Shown here: positions 1-7,167 of the stretch, piece after piece
How the letters are laid out: every line of letters starts with the position of its first letter
Position numbering within the stretch: the first letter of the stretch is position 1
Made by a program: the position numbers and the translations under genes
Assembly: GCA_964218365.1 (NCBI GenBank)
Contig: CAXPMI010000037.1
Location: 3,164-67,163 of the forward strand
Length of the DNA: 64,000 nucleotides
Direction of reading: 5' to 3'
From: Candidatus Poseidoniaceae archaeon
GTDB lineage: Archaea > Thermoplasmatota > Poseidoniia > Poseidoniales > Poseidoniaceae
The notes under the pieces: generated by a model
The model's input: the letters and a program-made list of their open reading frames with translations, nothing else
What the model was told of the DNA's origin: nothing
Database searches by the model: none

Positions 1-112
1 CGCAAGGTGAACCTCTCATTGGCATTGGTTGCGAGTGCTGCCAAGTTCTCTCTTCATCGGCCATGAGCAGCGAGTATTCACCGTATGTTTGAGGTCTTCG
101 CCCTAATGCATA

Positions 113-1054
113 GTGACAACGTTCAAGCGATGGTGTATGCCCCACAGGGGCATGAGCGGACAATCTGCACCTCCTCCTGCCCCGCCTGGCGGCTCGATGA
201 TGTTCATGCTGCTGTTCATGATTGTAATGACGTTCATGCTAATGTCTGAAGGTGTTAGAACAAGCATGGGGAGTTATGCTGATCCTTTCCTATCTGGTTG
301 GTTACCAGAAGAAAAGTGGTTTGTACTCACTGTCCTAATTCTAGGTTCAATCTCAATGTTCGTGAATACAGTTCTTCGTAATTTCTTCATGGACCCAATT
401 TCGCAAGCACATATCGGTCACAGGCAAAGGCAAGTCAGGAAAATGATGAATGAGGCTAGAATTGGTCGTGACCCAATCTTGATGGAGAAAGCCCAGACGC
501 TGCAACAACACATGATGCCTGAGCAAATGAGTATCCAAATGGGAGCGATGAAGCCAATGATGTTCACTTTAATTTTTATCATTGCCATATTTTCATGGAT
601 GGGAAATATAGTTGGAGATTTTAGAGTAAGTTATGTTTCACTTCCGTGGTCTCCTGAATGGAATCTGGAAACCGGTAAATTCCTGTTTTTCCCTGCTTGG
701 ATTGCAGTTTACATTTGCATGTCAGCTCCATTTGGAAGAGTAGTTGATAGGCACTTGAAACTGATTAGGTACAAATCTCACCCAATCGTTGCTGAAGGGG
801 AGAGACTCAAAGAGCCACTACTTCACTTGGTCAGCGCTCCAAAGGGTAGAAACAATTCTCAGGCTAATTCCAGAAGAAGGAGATCAGAACAGAAGCGTTC
901 TGGACCAAGAAAGAAGAACAATACTCCAAAAACCTCTGATGCGAAACCTATCGTACTAAACTCAAAGGAATGTCCATCATGTGGTGGAACTCTTGTAGAG
1001 AGAGATGGTCCAAGTACAAACGTGTGTAAGATTTGTCGTCACGAATGGCGGTGA
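113..1054 (+). CDS. DUF106 / YidC-Oxa1-EMC3-like membrane protein with C-terminal basic tail and zinc ribbon
   Basis: Multi-TM protein with Met-rich amphipathic segments ('MEKAQTLQQHMMPEQMSIQMGAMKPMMFTLIFIIAIF'). It sits immediately upstream of cmk, as in the conserved archaeal secY-adk-DUF106-cmk neighbourhood. The C-terminus has an R/K-rich stretch plus CPSCG...CKICRHEW. The start is uncertain: GTG at 113, with ATG alternatives at 137, 152 and 197. Confidence 0.6.
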   Translation: MTTFKRWCMPHRGMSGQSAPPPAPPGGSMMFMLLFMIVMTFMLMSEGVRTSMGSYADPFLSGWLPEEKWFVLTVLILGSISMFVNTVLRNFFMDPISQAHIGHRQRQVRKMMNEARIGRDPILMEKAQTLQQHMMPEQMSIQMGAMKPMMFTLIFIIAIFSWMGNIVGDFRVSYVSLPWSPEWNLETGKFLFFPAWIAVYICMSAPFGRVVDRHLKLIRYKSHPIVAEGERLKEPLLHLVSAPKGRNNSQANSRRRRSEQKRSGPRKKNNTPKTSDAKPIVLNSKECPSCGGTLVERDGPSTNVCKICRHEWR

Positions 1055-1058
1055 AATA

Positions 1059-1598
1059 TTGCCAAAGATTACCATCTCAGGACACCCTGGTAGTGGTACA
1101 TCTACCTTGGTAAAAGGAATTTGTCAATCAAAGGAATGGTCATCATTAAACGGCGGTGACATCTTTAGGCAAGAAGCAAAGAATCGAGGCCTATCTCTCT
1201 CTGAATTTGAGAAAATTTGTGCCGAAGATGAAACTGTGGATAAGTCACTTGACGAGATTTTGAAAAATCACATCTTAGATTCTGATGGGTATCAAGTCTT
1301 GGAGAGTAGGTTGTGCGGATGGTGGGCATACAATCTCGAGGTTGATTGCGTGAGATTGTGGTTGCACGCTAGTGAAGAAGCTAGAGCGGAGAGGGTTGTA
1401 ATGCGTGAGGGATTAACACTTGATGATGCAATTGCCAATAACAAGCAAAGAACAGCAGTCGATAAAGCAAGATTTGAGGAAATGTACGGTTTGAATCCAG
1501 AGGATGAAACACCTTACACTCACATTATTGACGCATCTAATCTGAATGTAGAGGAAGTTCTTGCTAAGGCACTTGAGATTCTGGAGGGTATTGAATGA
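1059..1598 (+). CDS. cmk: Cytidylate (CMP) kinase, archaeal type
   Basis: P-loop 'ITISGHPGSGTSTL' and an overall pattern like archaeal Cmk ('LESRLCGWWA', 'ARAERVVMREG'). The ORF track starts at 1005, inside the upstream gene. I place the start at an in-frame TTG at 1059, just after the upstream stop (1052-1054); this start is tentative. Confidence 0.8.
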   Translation: MPKITISGHPGSGTSTLVKGICQSKEWSSLNGGDIFRQEAKNRGLSLSEFEKICAEDETVDKSLDEILKNHILDSDGYQVLESRLCGWWAYNLEVDCVRLWLHASEEARAERVVMREGLTLDDAIANNKQRTAVDKARFEEMYGLNPEDETPYTHIIDASNLNVEEVLAKALEILEGIE

Positions 1599-2551
1599 TT
1601 ATTTTAGAAAAAGATGCAAAGACTTCGCCCGATCATGGAACAATTCCTGAGGAGAGGACTATTGAGCAATTACTCGAATCATGCTTCATACTTCTAGACA
1701 AATCTCCTGGTCCATCCTCTCACCAAGTTAGCGCTTGGGCTAGAGACATGATGGGCCTAGAAAAATTAGGCCATGGAGGTACCCTAGACCCATTCGCATC
1801 AGGATTGCTACCTCTACTTTCAGGAAAAGCAATGCGTCTCACTGGAAAAATTCTCACTCACGATAAATCCTATCTTGCACTTTTCAAGTTTGGAAAGGAA
1901 CTCGTTCGTGATGAGATTGAAGAAAAAATGACAATGCTCACAGGAAAAGTGTACAATGTCCCTCCAGAGATATCTGCGGTAAGAGTCCAAGTTAGGACAA
2001 GGAAAATATCAAAATTCGACATTTTAGATTTTGATGGAACTTCACTTTTGACCTACATTGAGTGTGAAGCAGGAACCTATGTGCGAACAATGGCAAGGGA
2101 CCTAGGATTGCTTCTTGACACTCCCGTTGAACTGAAGGAATTGCGAAGGCCAACATCAGGAGAGTTCAGCCTTAATCAATCAATAACAATGCAACAATTA
2201 GCAGATGCTTATTGGCTGTGGCAAGAAAAAGGCGAAGAAGCTGCGATGTTGCGAATATTGCATCCAATTGAAGACATGCTTTCCGATTTACCGAGAGTAG
2301 TGGTAAAAGACGGTGCAGCAGCAGCACTTTCGCACGGTGCTCCTTTGTTACGCCCTGGTGTAGTGAGTATTGATGAAGATCTCAACGTTGGAAGTGAAGT
2401 CTTGCTTGTAACAATGAAAGGCGAGGCTGTAGCTATCGCTAAGATGTCTCAAAACAGCAAAGTAATTCCTGATATGAATCAGGGTGAAGTCGCTAAGCCC
2501 AACTGTGTATTAATGAAAGAGGATACATATCCTCGCAGTTGGAAGAAATAA
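1595..2551 (+). CDS. cbf5: tRNA/rRNA pseudouridine synthase Cbf5 (TruB family, H/ACA RNP catalytic subunit) with PUA domain
   Basis: TruB catalytic motif 'GHGGTLDPFASGLLPLL'. The C-terminal PUA-like region reads 'VVVKDGAAAALSHGAPLLRPGV'. An ATGA start/stop overlap with cmk suggests translational coupling. Confidence 0.85.
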   Translation: MIILEKDAKTSPDHGTIPEERTIEQLLESCFILLDKSPGPSSHQVSAWARDMMGLEKLGHGGTLDPFASGLLPLLSGKAMRLTGKILTHDKSYLALFKFGKELVRDEIEEKMTMLTGKVYNVPPEISAVRVQVRTRKISKFDILDFDGTSLLTYIECEAGTYVRTMARDLGLLLDTPVELKELRRPTSGEFSLNQSITMQQLADAYWLWQEKGEEAAMLRILHPIEDMLSDLPRVVVKDGAAAALSHGAPLLRPGVVSIDEDLNVGSEVLLVTMKGEAVAIAKMSQNSKVIPDMNQGEVAKPNCVLMKEDTYPRSWKK

Positions 2552-2755
2552 TCAAGCTTCAACGTATTCTTCGTAAACCCATTCATCGGTTTCTATTCTA
2601 ATTTTCAATTCACTCATGTGTTCCACACTCGACTTCGTCACCAATGGTGAAGAGCCCCCACAGCCCATGCGAAGTAACCAATTCTGAATATTACTGCATA
2701 TGAATGTTAACCCACATTTTGTGGTTATCCGTCAAACAGGGTGTTTTTTCATACC

Positions 2756-5122
2756 CTATTCGAGTTTCTTAATTTTGGGTGGTGCAAGAGCCACAAATAT
2801 TGCTGCAATGAATGCTAAAATCAATCCTGCAGCGATGTAAACTGCGGTTGGGCCAAGACTTAGCGATGAATCATCATCCGATTTTGATGTCTCCTTAATG
2901 GCGTCACCTATTGTTACCAGAGTGGATTTGACATTGTTTTCTTCATCGACTTCATCGATTGACGTCCCTCTGTCTACTTCTGCTTCAATTAGAAGACTAT
3001 CGTCATCATCAGGTGCTTGCATGTCGCAAATAACGGAACCTAATTGGCCCGGTTGGAGCAGTTGGATTGTGCCACTGCCAAACGATTGCCCATCTGCTGT
3101 ACATCTAACTCCAATCATTGTCGCTTGCACCTGTCCAGAGTTTCTTACAAACACCTTTACTTCGAATATTTCTCCAGCTCTTACATCTTCATTGATACGA
3201 ATTTCCTCAACATAAAGTTCGGCCAATGCTCTAACCTCTAGGTCTAGAATTCTGTCGACGCAATTTGATTCATCACAAGCTGTAACCAGAACGGAAGTGA
3301 ACCCAGGTGTAGGTGCATTGATTATTAGTTGTCTTGTTTCCATATCGACTGTCGCCCAAGATCTGTTTGTGGTGACTACCAAATTCTGATTGAAGGTATC
3401 GACATCACTTAATTCGAAACTAACATTGTGTGTATATCCATGTTCAACAGGAACAACTCCCGGGAACTCTCCAAGGTTCGGTTCATCATTGATATTTGCA
3501 ACATTGAATGTAGACAATTCGGACCAAAAATTACCAGCAGAATCGGTCACAGTTGTTGTTACTTCTGCTATGCCAGATGCTTCAGGAATCAATCGAACCC
3601 TAATCTGGCCTTCAGTTAAGTCCACTTCAATTAAATCTGTATTTGTATTTTCAAATGTAACTACCAAATTGTCGACAGACGTTCTATCGTCCGAACAACG
3701 GCTTAGCAATGGCAGGATTAGACCTCCTCCATCTTCTTCCATGTCATGAGAACCAATCAAACCGCAAACAGGGTCTTCATCATATTCGATAAGGTATGCT
3801 CCATCAACTTCGATATTGTTGATACGAAGGCTAAGAGTTGATGGCGAACCATCATTTCCCCAGTTGTACCAGACTTTTATTTTGATTTCCAGTTCAGTAT
3901 CTGTTGAATCGAGAGTATGACCGATTGGTATGCTTAAATCGAAATCACCTAAATCGGTTGCATCTGAGTTCTGTACAGTTAGACCATTTACCACGATAGT
4001 CCATCTTGTTGCATTTTCAACCATAGCACTTGCATCTCCCGAAATACTTCCCTGTAGCCTAATTTTAGGGTCATTGATGTCTATCCAGGCTTTACTCAAG
4101 CAAGTATTGGTAATTGTAAATCTGAGTTGAAGATCTGAACTAACAACAGGTTTGGTTCCTTCTTGAATAATTACCCACGCTCCTTGGTTGTCTTTGTATT
4201 CTATTGTGACAGTCCCGTTTTCTTCATCTGAGTGTTCAAGGTGTATTCTTCCCCACTCCTGTGCAGCTGGTTTTTCCAAAGCCTCAGTTGTCCAAGTACC
4301 TCCGTCCGAATCAAGTCCACAAGGTGCTGTTGATACCGAGCTTAGCGTTCCAGAGTTTATGTCGAGGTCTATTAATGGCCAATTGTTGAATTCATAAGTG
4401 GAGATTGCTACTACTCTTTCTGCTCCATACCAAGGTGTCCTCATAGTTATTTTCAATCCCACTGCATCTACCCGTAACTGAGAGTCATCGGTGCCTCCAT
4501 TTGAAACATAATCAAGGTCAATCTCAATGTTTGCTAGTTCATCCCAAGTCCAATTATCATCATTTAATATTTCTATAGACCAGCCACTGTTCATGTAATA
4601 CAAGCCGGATTGAGTATTACTCCATGTTTTTACAAGGTCGTAAGTGCCTGCATCGATAACTGAGAACCTAGCCTTGTCTTGGAGTAGTGCATCTGGGATG
4701 TCAAAGTGTACTACTAGCTCTACAGTTTCAATTGAGTTTCCAGTCAAAGAACTCACATCAAAACCACTCACTCTAATGTCCGGTCCACTTGAATAGTGAT
4801 ATGCTCCATCGGGAGCGCCAAGAGATGCGTTTGAATTTGTTGATGTTGAGGATGCCCATATTGTTTGGTAGTCAAGATGTTCAGGTAATTGGATCCCCAT
4901 TGTCATGTGATTGTCTGCTACCATTCCCATGACATATTGGCCATCTTCAGGAGCAGATTCAGCAGTGAATGCAAGGTGCCTCTTAAATTCCCAATTGCTT
5001 GCGTTTGTCATGTCACCTTGAGGAAACATTTCGTCAGTAGATGTAGAATGGACACTCCTTGCATTAGCCATTCCGGCAGGCATCAAGAGCATTATCAGCA
5101 CAAGCATGGCCATGCGTCGCAT
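2756..5122 (-). CDS. Secreted cell-surface protein (Ig/cadherin-like and CARDB-like modules) with C-terminal TM anchor
   Basis: Signal peptide 'MRRMAMLVLIMLLMPAGMANA' begins at the internal Met at 5122; the ORF track's 31 extra N-terminal residues run toward the tRNA and look non-coding. A CARDB-like segment reads 'ELYVEEIRINEDVRAGEIFEVKVFVRNSGQVQATMIGVRC'. The C-terminus is an S-rich linker, 'LGPTA', a 21-aa hydrophobic helix and 'PPKIKKLE'. Confidence 0.6.
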   Translation of the reverse strand: MRRMAMLVLIMLLMPAGMANARSVHSTSTDEMFPQGDMTNASNWEFKRHLAFTAESAPEDGQYVMGMVADNHMTMGIQLPEHLDYQTIWASSTSTNSNASLGAPDGAYHYSSGPDIRVSGFDVSSLTGNSIETVELVVHFDIPDALLQDKARFSVIDAGTYDLVKTWSNTQSGLYYMNSGWSIEILNDDNWTWDELANIEIDLDYVSNGGTDDSQLRVDAVGLKITMRTPWYGAERVVAISTYEFNNWPLIDLDINSGTLSSVSTAPCGLDSDGGTWTTEALEKPAAQEWGRIHLEHSDEENGTVTIEYKDNQGAWVIIQEGTKPVVSSDLQLRFTITNTCLSKAWIDINDPKIRLQGSISGDASAMVENATRWTIVVNGLTVQNSDATDLGDFDLSIPIGHTLDSTDTELEIKIKVWYNWGNDGSPSTLSLRINNIEVDGAYLIEYDEDPVCGLIGSHDMEEDGGGLILPLLSRCSDDRTSVDNLVVTFENTNTDLIEVDLTEGQIRVRLIPEASGIAEVTTTVTDSAGNFWSELSTFNVANINDEPNLGEFPGVVPVEHGYTHNVSFELSDVDTFNQNLVVTTNRSWATVDMETRQLIINAPTPGFTSVLVTACDESNCVDRILDLEVRALAELYVEEIRINEDVRAGEIFEVKVFVRNSGQVQATMIGVRCTADGQSFGSGTIQLLQPGQLGSVICDMQAPDDDDSLLIEAEVDRGTSIDEVDEENNVKSTLVTIGDAIKETSKSDDDSSLSLGPTAVYIAAGLILAFIAAIFVALAPPKIKKLE

Positions 5123-5191
5123 AGATAGGTCTCGTAGGTGCCATGCCTTGAATAGAACGGTGTAAAGAGTCACGAAACTAGACGGAATGAG

Positions 5192-5198
5192 ATAAATA
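5192..5198. promoter_or_regulatory. Candidate TATA box (ATAAATA) in divergent spacer between surface-protein gene and tRNA-His
   Basis: This is the only A/T-rich heptamer in the 105-bp spacer. Its centre is about 33 nt upstream of the tRNA-His 5' end, compatible with archaeal TATA spacing. A purine-rich stretch ('cggaatgag') lies just upstream. Confidence 0.3.
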
Positions 5199-5227
5199 CG
5201 GCTTGTCGGTGGCACGGAACAACCGAT

Positions 5228-5303
5228 GGCTGTGATGGTGTAGCGGTTAGCACGGTAGGTTGTGGTCCTGCCAGCCCGGGTTCAATTCCCGGTCACGGCC
5301 CCA
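5228..5303 (+). tRNA. tRNA-His (anticodon GTG) with encoded G-1 and CCA
   Basis: Manual cloverleaf. Acceptor GCTGTGA/TCACGGC (one G-T pair). D arm GTGT-AGCGGTTA-GCAC. Anticodon arm GTAGG-TTGTGGT-CCTGC, giving anticodon GTG. T arm CCGGG-TTCAATT-CCCGG. An extra 5' G lies opposite discriminator C, the hallmark of tRNA-His. CCA is encoded at 5301-5303. Confidence 0.9.
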
Positions 5304-5430
5304 TTTTCATATCATCTCTCGAATTACATTGGAATTCGTAATCTGAATTCGACTCGCCAAATCCTTCACATTGGGTCAATTCGACGCCGAAACTTCATAA
5401 CTGCGTCAGACTCCCTTAAGACTGGATGGG

Positions 5431-5847
5431 ATGCATATGGGAGAGCGTGAGCAAGTAGACTTAACAAAGAATTTTCTTGTTTCTCTGATGGAAGAACAAC
5501 TCGGGATTCAGCAACACGTAATGATTGATGTTAACAATCAACCCATTATTCACAATGGCGATACATTACGACACATGGCATCAAGAATCGTCGAAGAAGC
5601 AACTACAGTTTCACCTCGTGGCCTAGCACAGGATGTACTTGCGAGGGCAGGTATAGATAACAGAGATGAGCCTGCCGAACCTCAAATCCAATCAGGACAC
5701 TTAAAGCACGTAGGTAAGCGTGCTCGTAAACTTGTTCGGACCCAGAAGAAATCCAAGAAGAGACGTGCTGTAAGAAGAGCGAAAACAAGGCCTGCGGTAG
5801 GGCATGAAAATCGTCCTCGTCGCAGAGCTAGGAAGATTACTCTTTGA
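5431..5847 (+). CDS. Hypothetical protein with strongly basic C-terminal tail
   Basis: 138-aa ORF. About 85 aa at the N-terminus look globular, followed by 'KRARKLVRTQKKSKKRRAVRRAKTRPAVGHENRPRRRARK'. I recognise no family. The competing antisense ORFs here look like noise. Confidence 0.4.
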   Translation: MHMGEREQVDLTKNFLVSLMEEQLGIQQHVMIDVNNQPIIHNGDTLRHMASRIVEEATTVSPRGLAQDVLARAGIDNRDEPAEPQIQSGHLKHVGKRARKLVRTQKKSKKRRAVRRAKTRPAVGHENRPRRRARKITL

Positions 5848-5892
5848 GTGATAACACACAAAAGCAAATCCACTCCCCCCGTAAACCGAGGG

Positions 5893-7092
5893 ATGGTTAT
5901 GGATATCGCTAATCCTAGTGACGAGCACCAAATGTTGCGTGAAATGGTTCGTGACTTTGTCAATGAGCACGTTGAACCACAAGCTTTGGAATATGATCGT
6001 GATGAGAAATTCAATGTCGAACTGTTGCGTTCCCTAGGGGAAATGGGTTTGCTTGGAATAACCGCCAGCGAAGAGTTCGGAGGTGCTGGACTAGACGCAG
6101 TTGCAACAGTGATCGTTCATGAAGAATTATCGGCTAGTGACCCCGGGTTTGCACTTGCTTACTTAGCACACTCAATGCTTTTCGTAAACAATCTTGAATT
6201 CAACGGAAATGATGAACAAAGGGCTAGAATACTACCAAAAGTTTGCTCTGGAGAATGGATTGGAGCTATGGCGATGAGTGAACCAGATGCAGGAACAGAC
6301 GTACTAGGCCTCACAACATCTGCTGTTCAGAGAGACGATGGCGCATGGGTCCTCAACGGAAGAAAAATGTGGATTACAAATGGCTGTATAGATGATGATG
6401 GAACTCCTGCTGACGTCGTTTGGGTTTACGCTAGAACAGGGACTGATGCTAAAGGTCGCGCTCAACTCTCAACCTTCCTTGTTGAGAATGGGATGTCAGG
6501 ATACAGCGTCGGTCAGAAAATTATCGACAAGACTGGAATGCGTGCCTCTAACACGGCAGAACTTGTATTCGAAGATTGTATTGTTCCTGCTGAAAATCTA
6601 GTCGGAGAGGTCGGAGATTCAATGCTCCACATGATGGGTAACTTGGAAATCGAGCGTCTAACTTTGGCTGCTATGTCTCTAGGTATTGCTCGTCGCTCTC
6701 TGGATGAGATGAACAAATATGCAACTGACAGGGAAGCATTCGGAAGACAAATCAGAGACTTTGGTCAAATTCAAAGGTATGTTGGAGAATCATGGGCAAA
6801 GTACAGAGCAATGCGTGCTTACATCTATGACACGGCTAACAACCTAGGACTTGGGAATGCAGGTCAGAGACTTGACAGCGACGGTGTCAAACTATTTGCA
6901 ACAACAGCAGCGAAGGAAATTGCAGATGCAGCAATCCAGGTTATGGGTGGCTATGGATACGTCGCTGAATACGTTGTAGAAAGGCTATGGAGAGACTCCA
7001 AACTACTTGAAATCGGTGGTGGAACAATCGAATCTCATCAGAAGAATATCACAAGAGATCTCTCAAAAACTCCTGAAGTTATCAACGACTGA
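5893..7092 (+). CDS. Acyl-CoA dehydrogenase (short/branched-chain type)
   Basis: ACAD hallmarks: 'MSEPDAGTDV', 'WITNG', 'GGYGYVAEYVVERLWRDSKLLEIGGGT'. The start is set at ATG 5893 ('MVMDIANPSDEHQMLREMVRDF'); the ORF track's GTG at 5848 adds 15 unlikely residues. Confidence 0.85.
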   Translation: MVMDIANPSDEHQMLREMVRDFVNEHVEPQALEYDRDEKFNVELLRSLGEMGLLGITASEEFGGAGLDAVATVIVHEELSASDPGFALAYLAHSMLFVNNLEFNGNDEQRARILPKVCSGEWIGAMAMSEPDAGTDVLGLTTSAVQRDDGAWVLNGRKMWITNGCIDDDGTPADVVWVYARTGTDAKGRAQLSTFLVENGMSGYSVGQKIIDKTGMRASNTAELVFEDCIVPAENLVGEVGDSMLHMMGNLEIERLTLAAMSLGIARRSLDEMNKYATDREAFGRQIRDFGQIQRYVGESWAKYRAMRAYIYDTANNLGLGNAGQRLDSDGVKLFATTAAKEIADAAIQVMGGYGYVAEYVVERLWRDSKLLEIGGGTIESHQKNITRDLSKTPEVIND

Positions 7093-7167
7093 GTACCGAA
7101 ATCCACTCTAAATTATATGTGGAACTCTAACTGAAGTTCTTATGAGAAGAGGTTACAACCGCCGTAT

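Noticed and set aside
1-112. A possible gene fragment at the window start. The plus frame ends at a TGA near 64-66. Alternatively, a minus-strand ATG at 63-65 reads out of the window. An adenylate kinase gene might be expected upstream of DUF106.
   Set aside because: The fragment is only about 20 codons and has no recognisable motif in any frame, so I cannot support a call.
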